Below are positions 1 to 12,538 of a DNA stretch of 64,000 bases, one piece after another. A program made the position numbers and the translations under genes. Source of the DNA: Eledone cirrhosa (Eukaryota); assembly GCA_964016885.1 (NCBI GenBank), contig OZ024754.1, positions 26,536,001 to 26,600,000 on the forward strand, written 5' to 3'. Below the pieces are notes generated by a model. It was not told where the DNA came from. It worked only from the letters and a program-made list of their open reading frames with translations, and searched no databases. How positions within the stretch are numbered: position 1 is the stretch's first letter; each line of letters begins with the position of its first letter.

Positions 1-72
<72 letters not shown>

Positions 73-203
73 GATAAATCTACCAAGAGTTTACGGTAGT
101 GTCCAATCCGTATGAAGAACTCAATGTAGTCCGGATATCATGGAAAGAAGAGATGCAATGAAAAATCACTTTCGGTGAAAGATAAACGGAATACAGAGTC
201 AAG

Positions 204-514
204 ATAAAATATTAAAAAAATAATGAATAAAACAATGAAACAGTTCCTTATATTAAACAAAAAAAGTTCATTATTTAACGATCGTTTCTAGGATATATAT
301 GTGTTAGAATTATTTCTGAAGACGGCATATATGTGTGTTTGGTATGTATATTTAATCTTGATAGTTTGTATAATTTTGTATAATTTTGTACATAGATCTG
401 TTGAATATGCATGCCAATTCTAACACATATATATCCTAGAAACGATCGTTAAATAATGAACTTTTTTTGTTTAATATAAGGAACTGTTTCATTGTTTTAT
501 TCATTATTTTTTTA

Positions 515-523
<9 letters not shown>
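204..523. repeat. ~108-bp near-perfect inverted repeat (arms 204-311 and 416-523), PLE-type inverted terminus near (TA)n arrays
   Basis: ataaaatattaaaaaaataatg...gtgttagaatt is the reverse complement of aattctaacac...aatattttat. Confidence 0.9.
309..457 (+). ncRNA. Type I hammerhead ribozyme-like motif with ~115-nt stem II insert
   Basis: Stem I ATTATTT(309-315)/AAATAAT(451-457); core CTGAAGA(316-322); GAAAC(439-443)-GATC-GTT giving the palindrome ACGATCGT; ggcatatatgtgtgtt pairs imperfectly with aacacatatatatcc at the base of stem II. Confidence 0.6.
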
Positions 524-585
<62 letters not shown>

Positions 586-589
<4 letters not shown>

Positions 590-1135
590 GGAAAAAAGGA
601 AATTTCATTTCTCACTCTTAGTACGGATAATACTTAAATATAAGTATGTATACGTACATACATATATGTATACATACGTACAGTAGTATGTATATACATA
701 AATACATGCACACATATATATATATATGTACGTATGGGTTTACCGAACATTTATTATAATGCACGGTTTGTTTGTAAACAAACAGCCCAAATTATTAGCC
801 GTACAGTGTTCGGCAACCATCGTTGCCCTTTTGTTCAACACTGACAAAGGAACGATGAACTAGTTTCTAGCTTATTAGCTGTCATTAGCACCGTATAGGT
901 TCCTGTCAGTCGATTGAACGTTTGAAAATATATACTTTCCTTATGCATATTAACGGCTGAGCAGCCTAATTTGCATAACGAGTGAGTTAGTCGGCCGGGC
1001 GTACCGAAAACGATAAATGGAAAAAATGAAATTTCATTTCTCACTCTTAGTACGGCTGATACTTAAATATAAGTATGTATACGTGCATATATATATATAC
1101 AGACGTCCAGTAGTATGTATATGCATACATACATG
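586..1135 (-). mobile_element. Penelope-type pseudo-LTR, ~430-bp unit plus partial tandem copy
   Basis: 586-~700 is repeated at 1016-~1135; homologous to 59681-60516; contains a hammerhead motif at 852-894. Confidence 0.7.
852..894 (-). ncRNA. Minimal hammerhead ribozyme with mutated core (CUAAUGA), probably inactive
   Basis: Minus strand reads ACGGTG-CTAATGA-CAGCTAATAAGCTA-GAAAC-TA-GTT-CATCGT; homolog of the intact motif at 60154-60196. Confidence 0.7.
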
Positions 1136-1259
1136 TGGAGTCCGGAGGCTGATTGTGTGTACGTGGGGATACGCACGTGTGTGTTTGTGTTTATATGTGG
1201 TGTGGATGTAAGTGGCGTGGTTCAAAAATAATGTAAGTGTTTGTTCGTGTGTATGTTCC

Positions 1260-1365
1260 TAAGATATTTCCATGGAGTATGAGACAAGATGTTGGAGATT
1301 TCGCGTGTCGTAGAATGGATAGCTGGAACGATGACCGGTGGTGTGAAATCCTGGTGTGGTAGTGC
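1260..1365 (-). pseudogene. Degenerate Penelope GIY-YIG endonuclease remnant
   Basis: HTRISHHRSSFQLSILRHAKS resembles the R..nH.sSF...kr.aT segment of PLE endonucleases; lies upstream of the pLTR on the same strand. Confidence 0.35.
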
Positions 1366-2100
1366 GGAAGTGGGGTGCGCGCGCAACAGGGAGTGGTCAG
1401 AGGGTCAAGGCAGGGTGAAGAGATAGCAGTAGAGGAGGATGACAAGTAAAGAAAGGGTCTGTATGTGGTGTGGACTGTGTGTCTGTGTGTGCGGAGGTGC
1501 GGTGGGTAGGGGAGAGGACGGGTAGGTGTGAAAGGTGGAGGGAGAAGGTGGTGGTGTGGGGGGATGGTGTGTATATTAGTGGAGGTGTTAGTGGGATGGG
1601 TGTGTGAGGGGTTGTAGGTGGAGCGGGGAGAGAGAGAGGGAGAGAGAAGGTGTTGGGGACGGTGGAGGGAGTGTAGTGTACTGGTGTGTGTGCGTGTTTG
1701 GATATGAGTGTGTGTGTGGTAGAGAGGGTTTTAATATTACTGGTGGTGGGGAAGGGGTTGAATGCGGGTGTGTAAGTGGGGGTTAGTGGTGGTTGGGTGT
1801 GAGGAGTGGGTGGTGTATCGGTGTGTACGCAGGTGTGGGTGGGTGTATGTGTGATGGTGTGTGTTCGTGTGTGTGGGTGAGGGGGAAGGTGGGTTAGTAA
1901 TATTAGTTGTGGGGTGGTCAGATGTGGATGCGTATATATATATGCAACAAATCGATATACATTAATGTTGTATATATTACTTAACAACTATATAACATTT
2001 TTAGTTATTCTATGTACATTTTATATTGATTTCTGATATCATATATCATCAAATCGACAGTTACTTAATGTAGAAGTGCAGAGAAAATCTGAAACGTCAC

Positions 2101-2113
2101 GCACGCACGCGCA

Positions 2114-2172
<59 letters not shown>

Positions 2173-2190
2173 ACACACACACACACACAC

Positions 2191-2257
<67 letters not shown>
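2101..2257. repeat. (CA)n microsatellite
   Basis: Seen directly. Confidence 0.95.
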
Positions 2258-2261
<4 letters not shown>

Positions 2262-2504
2262 GTATATATATATTTGTGTGTTCCTGTATGTGTACACGTG
2301 TGCATTCATGTGTGTGTTCATGCGCGTATATTTGTGTGTTTGAGTGTGTGTATGTTTCCAAATGACAAATTTTGTTTTTCAATATTAAATCATTATCAAT
2401 ATCTTGAAATATTTCAGAAAATTGATCAACGTAAATGTATGTATGTATGTATGTATGTATGTATGTATGTATGTATGTATGTATGTATGTATGTATGTAT
2501 GTAT

Positions 2505-5500
2505 GGATGCCTGCATATTATTGGGGTTTTTACTGGAACATTCCACCAGTACTCTTTCATATTATGTACATGGATGTCTTCCACATTGTTGTAGCTTTTA
2601 ATGTGTTTATTATCGGGGCTATCTTTTTTACGAACTGCATTGTACAGTGTTTTGGCCATTACATCATGCCTCATAGGTAGATAGTACCGCGATGACATCT
2701 TTGGGCAGCTGCTGATGACATGGATGATATCCTCGATGTTAGTTCTGCAGAGTCTGCACTTGTTATCACATCTAGGTCTTTTGCCTGCATCCCTATCTCT
2801 TTTGTGAATCAGGTATTTCGTGCTAATCTCCTGTTCTTTGATTGCAAAACCGTATCCTTCAAAGTGGGAGCCGATATAGCAGTTGTTGGTCCAAGATAGA
2901 TACTTTCCTTATCTATATTACTCTCACTCTGGAGCTTCCTGGCAACATATCCATACATGATTTGTTGCTGATAGGCATGCAGTTTTTCATCCATGGATTC
3001 ACTGTAATACTGCTGAGCGACGTCCCTGGGTGTGAGTTTTTGATTATCACACAGGGAATATCTCTCAAGGAGTTCCTTCCCAACTCTCATCATCTTATCT
3101 GTTTCATGCAGATAGACTTGCTCGAGAAGCGGGCTCCTACGCTTCGATGTTCGTAGATGTTGTCGGAGAGATATGATGCGACATTCAAATGTTGTCTGGA
3201 CTGATGTTAGGCCTCTGCCTCCCTGCTTACGTTTCAAGTAAAGGCGGTCTATGTCACTGTTGATGTGGAAGTTTCCGGTGTTGTTCAGTATTTTTCGAGT
3301 TCCAACATCAACTGCTCGGATTTCGTCTATCGTCCAATTGAGTATTCCAAACGTTGGTGTTAGGACAGGCACAGCAAACACATTGTGAGCCACTGTTTTG
3401 TTTTGCGCAGAGAGTTCCGATGACCAGATCTTTCTTAATCGGGTGTAGTATTCCCTGGTTACGCGTTCTTTATTACAGATACCATTATAGGATATGTTCT
3501 AATCTATCCCCAGGTATCTGTAGCAGTCCTCATCAGATATCGGTGAAACAGTTAGACCCTTGATGACAATGTTGCTAGATTGGGTTGTTGTTTTTCCCCG
3601 CTTTACAGTCATGTATGAGCATTTATCTTGGCCAAACTCCATTCCTATATCCTTTGAGAACATTGTAACCAGGTCAAGATTTTTCTTCATCCCATCCATT
3701 TCTTGGCATAGAGTTTCAGATCGTCCACAAAGAAGTTATCGGTTAGGTTCGTATTTCTGTCCTCCTGTGAGCCAATGATGTATCCCTCACATTTCTTGAG
3801 CAGAAAGGACAAGGGGTTTAATGACAAGATGAACAATATCACAGAGAGACTGTCTCCCTGAAATATACCCCTGCAATATTTTATTTTATCAGTGAAAATA
3901 GAGTCCTCCCTCTCTGTCTTTAACCTTCGGATAGTAGCCCAAGAAGAAGACATCCTCTCTATGGCTCTGACAATAATGTCTGGGACTTTAGCAAGTTGGA
4001 GGGCTTCTATCATCCAAGAGTGGGGAACAGAATCGAAAGCTTTCCTGTAGTCCAGCCAGACTGTAGTCATATTCCCCCTAAGTTGTCGCACCTCCGACAT
4101 CGCAGTTTTGTTGATTTTGTTGTTCAGCACATCCCCAAACCCTTTTCTTTCCAGCTGCTTGTTCATTTGTGATGATGTTATTATTTTCACAGTGATCTTG
4201 GAGGAATAGGTTGAGGCAGGCTGTATACATCTTATACATCAGGTTCTGGCATGCAATGGGTCGGTAGTTTTTTGCCAAGTGGGTGTCTTTGTTCTTGGAG
4301 ACCAGTAACGTTTGTGTTAATGTCAACCATTCTGGTATAAGTGTATCTCCCTTAAGAACTTGTTGGTAGAGGTCAGTAAGATACCTCCGATAGAATATTA
4401 GTTTTTTGTACCAGTAGCCGACAATCATGTCTCTTCCTGGTGTTTTCTTATCTTGGAGTTTTCCTATCACAGTCTCAAGGGTACCCTCACTATATTTCGT
4501 ATGTTTTTGTTGTAGTGTAGGAGCAATAGTTCTTTCGGATTTCTCTTAGCCACACTGCATCTTGATTGAAATTCTTCTTTTCACCCCATATTTTTCTCCA
4601 AAAGGAATCTATGTCTTTCTGGGATGGGGCCTCAGTGCCACTTATTATTTTGCCCTTCATATCTCTATAGACTGATGTTTGGTTTCGTCTGAATCTTTTA
4701 TTAAGCATTTTTCTCTCATCTACCTTCTTCAGGTATCGGCGTTTTTCGCTAACAGCTCTCAATTCTTGTTTGAGGGTGATCAGCTTATATTGGAGAGTTC
4801 TGGTTCTACTGTTACCAAACATCGTCTCTATTTTATTTTTCACTCTTTGTTGGTGAGGAGTGAGGTTTTTTTTGTGTTTGTTTGCATGTAAGGAGCATTG
4901 TCACATGTCCTATGTTTTTAAGTAGGTCAGCACTCTTTTTTTTCTATTTTAGTTATATATGATGGTATTTTTGGTGGTGTTTTGTTCTTGTTAATATCTC
5001 TGCTATCACCAACATAATGCTTCACTGTCATTGCTAAGGCATATAAACAGGCGTTGATTTGCCAAAATGTTGGCGTTTTTATCCGTCGTAAATATTCATC
5101 CCCTATTTCGTCAATAACACGTGGTATTTCATTATTTGGTTTTTTATTCACCATTGTCATTTTAACACGTTCAGCCAGAGAGATATTTATACATGAGTTA
5201 ATTTCTCTCTGGAAGATTTCGTTGAGGGATATTTTCAATTGTTTATACTTTTGATTATCATTATCGATAGTATTTTCCACAACAGTCGAGGTAGACTCGG
5301 ATGGTATACGTGGTGTCACATTTATTCGATTATTATTATTATTTCTTCGATTATTATTATTATCGATAGTGTTTTCCCCAGCATTCGAGGTAGACTTAGA
5401 TGGTACAGGTGGTGTCAAGTTTCTTACAGGCATAGTTGTTTCAAGGCACTGTTCGACCTGGCTGCTAGGAAGTCTAGTAGCATGGCGATCTGTAGCACGT

Positions 5501-6065
5501 GTTGTTGATTCCATGTTTGTTGTGGGGGACTTACAATTAATAATATTTATCTTATTTTTACGTTCAACAAACGTCGCTTGTTGGCGTAATTGTTTCGCTG
5601 TGAAATAATTTAGCTCTGGGTGCATTTCGTCCCAGTGTAGCTTCATTCTATTCATATAGCCAATGGAGGGATTGTTTTTTGCCTTTTTATAACAATTAAA
5701 TAAATCATTAAGTTCGCAACTCCAAGAGAAATGCGATTTATAATTTCGGTTTCTTCTGTAGCTACAACTGAATAAAGTTTGATTACCTTCTTTGTTATTT
5801 GTCTTCGATACTTCCTTAATTTTCTTGTTGATGTTGTGTTCAGCCATGCTGTTTGTAGCAAATCCTTGTAAAATGAATTATGTATTTAGTCGGATATCTC
5901 TGCGAATTCGAATAAAATGTGTCTTCAGAAGGGATAGTTAGAAGAATAACCAGTTATTCAACCTGGCTGTAGTTGTGGCATTACTGTCGGAGATAGTATT
6001 CATCTTAAATTTAATAAATAGTCTCCCACGCCAAAATATGCGACTGATCGCGTTGGCTGATGGAA
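2505..6065 (-). mobile_element. R4/Dong-like RLE non-LTR retrotransposon (family A, TATG-associated), frameshifted, 3' end missing
   Basis: ORF pieces from 5847 to ~2505: NYRPIAC, WLDYRKAFDSVPH, GIFQGDSLS, FVDDLK, RHD; bounded by (TATG)n at 2436-2504 and 6066-6122. Confidence 0.88.
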
Positions 6066-6122
6066 TGTATGTATGTATGTATGTATGTATGTATGTATGT
6101 ATGTATGTATGTATGTATGTAT

Positions 6123-6510
6123 GCCTTTGTCAAGGCAGAATTCTAGAAGGAAAACTCTGATATAACACCTGCAACCCTGATGGTATCCAATGATGTTGAC
6201 TTGTTCTTCTTTTTTGTAAATATCATCTTGGTTAAGAGAGTGGGACTGGCTTTGTTCAGTGCCTTTTCTCACTATAAAAGCTTCACAGCACAGGCATTGC
6301 TTTATATCTGGAGATCTCTCTGAACTTGTCGTCACATGGTACCATGGGCCCAGCACTATGTGTCAATAATTGTCGCAAGTGTAGTGTTTGTACCAGAGTT
6401 TTCAAGTCGCTGGCTGGACTAAAAAGCCACACTCGTACAGCGCATCGGTAGGGGTTCTCCTACATGGATATAAAGTAGTGGCCGTACTCGAAAACGAGTT
6501 GGCAGCCACC
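6123..6510 (+). mobile_element. Non-autonomous RTE-derived element, 5'-truncated copy
   Basis: Closely similar to 7977-8367; its 3' part ([17 protein letters not shown], tggccgtactcg...ggcagccacc + (ATGT)n) matches the 3' end of the RTE at 55450-55861. Confidence 0.8.
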
Positions 6511-6633
6511 ATGTATGTATGTATGTATGTATGTATGTATGTATGTATGTATGTATGTATGTATGTATGTATGTATGTATGTATGTATGTATGTATGTGT
6601 ATGTATGTATGTATATATATGTGTATGTATATG

Positions 6634-6667
<34 letters not shown>

Positions 6668-6923
6668 TATATGTATATATATGTATATATGTGTATGTAT
6701 GTATGTATATGTATATATATATATATATATATGTATATGTGTATGTATGTATGTATATGTGTATATAGGTATGTATGTATATGTATGTATGTATATGTGT
6801 ATATATGTATGTATGTATATGTGTATATATGTATGTATGTATATATATATATGTATATATGTATGTATGTGCATATATATATGTAAGTGTATATGCATAT
6901 GTATGTATATGTATATATGTATG

Positions 6924-6962
<39 letters not shown>

Positions 6963-7212
6963 ATATATATGTGTATGTATATATATATGTGTATGTATAT
7001 GTATATATGTGTATGTATATATATATGTGTATGTATATATATATATATGTGTATGTATATATATATGTGTATGTATATATATATATATATGTATAAATGA
7101 AAGGTATAGAAATTGTTGTAGCGAGAAGCTAACAGTATTCCATAACATATATGCGACTATAGCGTCAAAATGGGAAAATATATATATGTATGTATATATA
7201 AGTGTGTGTATG

Positions 7213-7287
<75 letters not shown>

Positions 7288-7662
7288 GTATGTATATATA
7301 TGTATGTATATGTGAATGTATATATATATATATGTATATATATGTATATATATATATATGTATGTATGTTTGTATGTGTATGTATGTATATATATGTTTG
7401 TATATATATGTATGTATATATATATGTATGTTTATGTATGTACGTATATGTATGTATGTATATGTATATATATGTATATATATATGTATATATATATGTA
7501 TGTATGTATATGTATGTATATGTATGTATGTATGTATGTATATGTATATGTATGTATGTATATGTATATGTATGTATGTATATATATATGTATGTATATG
7601 TATATATGTATGTATATGTATATATGTATATATATGTATATATGTATATATATATATATATG

Positions 7663-7755
<93 letters not shown>

Positions 7756-7757
7756 TG
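6511..7757. repeat. Large compound (TATG)n/(TA)n microsatellite with an ~80-bp unique interruption at ~7096-7177
   Basis: Seen directly. Confidence 0.95.
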
Positions 7758-7760
7758 TAT

Positions 7761-8367
7761 GTCAGGTCACCAGTTGGTGCTACTGGAAACATGTATCCCA
7801 GTACAACCTGTCCCATGGTCGGGTAGTTGGCGACTAAACTGGCAACCCCACCATGGTTTTTGGTGAGGAGGGTGACTTTGGACATCCTGCAGGACTAAAA
7901 ACAAAACCTGTCAAAGGGCAAAGGAGCTCTTAAGAGTCAATGGCCATCCAAAATCACCGGGAGAGATGACCCCTTAGCCTTTGTCAAGGCAGAATTCTAG
8001 GAGAAGGAAAACTCTGATATAATACCTGCAACCCTGATGGTATCCAATGATGTTGATTTGTCCTTCTTTTTGGTAAATATCATCTTGGTTAAGAGAGTGG
8101 GACTGGCTTTGTGCAGTGCCTTTGCTCACTATAAAAGCTTCACGGCACAGGCATTGCTTTATATCTGGAGATCTCTCTGCACTTATCGTCTCATTGTACC
8201 ATGGGCCCAGCACTATGTGTCAATAATTGTCGCAAGTGTAGTGTTTGTACCAGAGTTTTCAAGTCGCTGGCTGGACTAAAAAGTCACACTCGTTCAGCGC
8301 ATCGGTAGGGGTGCTCTTACATGGATATAAAGTAGTGGCCGTACTCGAAAACGAGTTGGCAGCCACC
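7761..8367 (+). mobile_element. Non-autonomous bipartite RTE derivative (~610 bp; RTE 5'UTR plus 3' end)
   Basis: Contains ctaggagaaggaaaactctga, an RTE 5'UTR-type motif, and the RTE 3' terminus; flanked by TATG repeats. Confidence 0.75.
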
Positions 8368-8382
8368 ATGTATGTATGTATG

Positions 8383-8926
8383 TTCTTCTGGTTTTATAAT
8401 TTCACAAAGTGTTACCAATAGAGAGAGAGTCGGTTTCTAACATAGACACAAGACTCTCTCATTGGAACTTACACAACATCAACTAGTTAGATATGTATGT
8501 ATGAATGCATGTGTAGATATGGATGTTATTGTATGTGTGGATGTGGATGTTTTGAGTTGTATGTGTGCATGTGTATATGCTTTGCATCTGTACATGTGTA
8601 TATGCAGTTATTAGATGCAACATTTTTGGAATGTTTTACATATTTTTACTGTTCCATTAATGGATTGTACTTGTAATTTCCTAACTAGTTGTGTTCTTTC
8701 TGTTCCTGTGAAGCCTAGCTTCTCAAGATTTGTACTGAGGCAGTTACTAACATACCCCAGTGCCCCAATAATCACAGGCATAAATCTGAAGGTATAGTCA
8801 GGGTGGAGTATCTGCAGATTTCTCATCAGTTCTGCATAAATATTCTCCTTTTCACTACTCTCTGATATTATATTGTCATCTGCTGGGCAGCTAATTTCCA
8901 CTACTGTGCATGATTTCTTCTCCCTG
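8383..8926 (-). mobile_element. 5'-truncated 3' fragment of R4-like family A
   Basis: RLE C-terminus EISCP..EKENIY..PVIIGALG..KTFQKCCI*; TATG arrays on both sides. Confidence 0.85.
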
Positions 8927-8942
8927 TATGTATGTATGTATG

Positions 8943-9357
8943 TTCTTCTGGTTTTATAATTTCACAAAGTTTTACCAATAGAGAGAGAGAGTCGGTTTCT
9001 AACATAGACACAAGACTCTCTCATTGGAATTTACACATCAACTAGGTAGATATGTTTGTATGTCTGCATGCATGCATGCATGCATGTGTGTTTTGAGTTG
9101 TATGTGTGCATGTGTATATGCTTTGCATCTGTACATGTGTATATGCAGTTATTAGATGCAACATTTTTGGAATGTTTTACATATTTTTACTGTTCCATTA
9201 ATGGATTGTACTTGTAATTTCCTAACTAGTTGTGTTCTTTCTGTTCCTGTGAAGCCTAGCTTCTCAAGATTTGTATTGAGGCAGTTACTAACATATCCAA
9301 GTGGCCCAATAATCACAGGCATAATCTGAAAGTGTAATCAGGGTGGAGTATCTGCAT
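8943..9357 (-). mobile_element. Second, shorter 3' fragment of R4-like family A, in tandem
   Basis: Near copy of 8383-8816 with the same 3' terminus ttcttctggttttataat next to TATG. Confidence 0.85.
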
Positions 9358-9649
9358 GTATGTATGTATGTATGTATGTATGTATGTATGTATGTATGTA
9401 TGTATGTATGTATGTATGTATGTATGTATGTATGTATGTATCTATCTATCTATATACAGTTTTATATACATATATATGTTTGTGCCACAAAACACAAAAC
9501 CCTGCTATTTTTTAATATATATATATGTGTGTGTGTGTGAGTGTGTGTGTATGTGTGTATGTGCAGAAAAAACATATTAATACACATGTGTGTGTGCCAG
9601 TGTGGTGAGAGAGAGAGAGAAAGGGAAAAAGAGTGAGAGAGAGAGAAAT

Positions 9650-9694
<45 letters not shown>

Positions 9695-9704
9695 GAGAGA
9701 GAGA

Positions 9705-9904
9705 NNNNNNNNNNNNNNNNNNNNNNNNNNNNNNNNNNNNNNNNNNNNNNNNNNNNNNNNNNNNNNNNNNNNNNNNNNNNNNNNNNNNNNNNNNNNNNNN
9801 NNNNNNNNNNNNNNNNNNNNNNNNNNNNNNNNNNNNNNNNNNNNNNNNNNNNNNNNNNNNNNNNNNNNNNNNNNNNNNNNNNNNNNNNNNNNNNNNNNNN
9901 NNNN
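9705..9904. other. Assembly gap (200 N) between (GA)n and (TA)n
   Basis: N run. Confidence 1.
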
Positions 9905-9955
<51 letters not shown>

Positions 9956-9990
9956 TAAATAAACGAAAAATCAGATGACTCAGGTTATTG

Positions 9991-10081
9991 CGTGTTACAA
10001 TTGTTTCGCCGGCAGGTAGCTCGAGACATGATCATTGTATGGATCTGGCTGATTCTACGGCTGCAGGTTCCTTCGGACACA
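9991..10081 (-). ncRNA. Hammerhead-like motif, variant core CCGAAGGA, extended stem II
   Basis: Reverse complement of the 10405-10495 motif. Confidence 0.45.
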
Positions 10082-10404
10082 GGCAATTCGTTCGGAGCAA
10101 ATTTTCTCACTGGGGTGTTATCGTAAAAAAACACCTTCTAAAAACCTCTTCCACTCTCGTCATGCCATTGGCTGTTGTTATTCTACGTCATCATAAGTTC
10201 TGGTCACTATTTACTGCTACACGGGTCATCAGCCATTTTCCGTCCGACACACTTCAATGGGGCCATGCTGGGTTTGGTATCTCACACGTCTGTTCACACT
10301 CCAGAGTATGTACCCACATATACACACACACACAGGTCAGGTTTTTTTAAGGTATTTTTTGACGATAACACCCCAGTGAGTAAATTTGCTCCGAACGAAT
10401 TGCT

Positions 10405-10495
10405 TGTGTCCGAAGGAACCTGCAGCCGTAGAATCACCCAGATCCATACAGTGATCATGTCTCGAGCTACCTGCCGGCGAAACAATTGTAACACG
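10405..10495 (+). ncRNA. Hammerhead-like motif, variant core CCGAAGGA, extended stem II
   Basis: TGTGT-CCGAAGGA-(~60 nt)-GAAAC-AATT-GTA-ACACG; palindrome ACAATTGT. Confidence 0.45.
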
Positions 10496-10821
10496 CAATA
10501 AACTGAGTCCAGATGCATCACTGATTTTTCTTTTTTTTTTATACTCTGCTCTGTATGAATATGAGTGCTAATTTTGGCATACCGCCTATGGAAGCACCAT
10601 AGCTACCATTTATACACACGTATATATATATATCAATCTTTTTCGTTGCTATGGCAATGCGGCTGGGACTGCGATCGCTATATTTGATTTGCAAAGCTGT
10701 CTAAACGTATTGTTATTACTCTGTGGTATTATTCTCCATCGAGTGTTAAAGCTACATTCCGAATTTGCATTCGTTAGCTTAGCCGCAGCCAAAAGCTTCG
10801 TTAATGCTGTACTAAAATTTG

Positions 10822-10959
<138 letters not shown>

Positions 10960-11010
10960 TATACATATATATAAAAAAGCATAAAATATATTAAAAATAT
11001 ATTAAATATA

Positions 11011-11104
11011 TCGGCGGGATTTGAACTCAGAATGGCAAGGACCGTAACTCTATGCGTCAAAACATGGCGTCCGACCCTCTACCGACACTGCCAATCCACT
11101 ACCC
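11011..11104 (-). mobile_element. tRNA-derived SINE, 5' half (Pol III A/B boxes)
   Basis: Minus strand GGGTAGTGGATTGGCAGTGTCGG...GAGTTCAAATCCCGCCGA; matches the SINE copies at 13113 and 21369. Confidence 0.75.
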
Positions 11105-11162
11105 TTAAACATATAACGGCCTTCACTCGGCAGCATTTGGAAACTCTGCTTCGTAGAATCGA

Positions 11163-11257
11163 GACGTATCTGAGGACCTTGCGATTTCAGAGTCAGGTTC
11201 GATCATTACATCGATCGTGCCTCGAGCTGGTCGCCAGAGAAACGATTGTAATATGTC
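11163..11257 (+). ncRNA. Type I hammerhead ribozyme motif with canonical core and ~62-nt stem II
   Basis: Stem I GACGTAT/ATATGTC (7 bp, one GU); CTGAGGA 11170-11176; GAAAC 11239-11243; GATT; GTA cleavage triplet 11248-11250; insert pairs gcgat/gtcgc, cag/ctg, aggt/gcct, cgatc/gatcg. Confidence 0.65.
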
Positions 11258-11398
11258 TAATAAATGTTATTCGTTGCACCACTGATTCTCCTTTCTTATG
11301 TGATATATATATATATACAGATAGATAGATATTCATATATATATATATATATATATACATATAAATACATATATATATATATATTCATATATATATAT

Positions 11399-11495
<97 letters not shown>

Positions 11496-11534
11496 TATAT
11501 ATATTATCATACACACACACACACATATATATAT

Positions 11535-11582
<48 letters not shown>

Positions 11583-12064
11583 GCACACATACCCTAATAC
11601 GTTTTTTCGTCCTGCACGTGTGCATACACACACACAGACTCGCACATATATTATTACACATATGTATATATGTATGTACACACATTTACACACACATAAA
11701 AAATATACAAAAAATACATGTAAGAAAATCATATAAAGATACACATTGGGTTATACATGCAGACAGAGTTGATATTATGCTGCCATCGTGGATAAATCCG
11801 CGTATAGACACCTCAAGCAAGGCTACATATGAGGAGTCCATGGTATTAATGTAAAGGGTATGCCCAGGCCGTATATAGTAAATGCATGCAGGATATATTT
11901 TAAAAAAATGGATGCAGGATATATAAAAAAAATACATACATCTGAATTATATATATATGCATGTATGCGTATATTTGTGTGACAATTTCTGTGTGTGAAC
12001 GTAAGCACACAAGCTACTCTATATGTATCTGTCGGTATCTGTGTGTGTGTGTGTGTGTGTGTGT

Positions 12065-12538
<474 letters not shown>

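Larger units (their letters stand above)
9955..10544. mobile_element. PLE-type terminal repeat: full unit on - (9955-10333) plus inverted partial copy on + (10339-10544)
   Basis: ~190-bp inverted arms 9955-10147 and 10339-10544; related to 11163-11290 and 12065-12420. Confidence 0.75.

Noticed and set aside
1397-1987. 196-aa Thr/Pro/His-rich ORF
   Set aside because: Low-complexity GT-rich sequence with no domain signature
5900-6065. Possible HDV-like ribozyme at the 5' end of R4-like family A (also 30580-30790)
   Set aside because: Local hairpins exist, but I could not assign the P1/P1.1/P2/P3 pseudoknot or a catalytic C
6388-7885. Long ORFs rich in Y/I/M/C/V/H/T, also at 2039-2680, 10689-11854 and 55564-57802
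   Set aside because: Translations of TA, TATG and CA microsatellites, not genes
10649-10820. Minus-strand peptide STALTKL...RWRII...QLCKSNIAI, weakly like a PLE endonuclease C-terminus
   Set aside because: Similarity is too weak to call without a profile search
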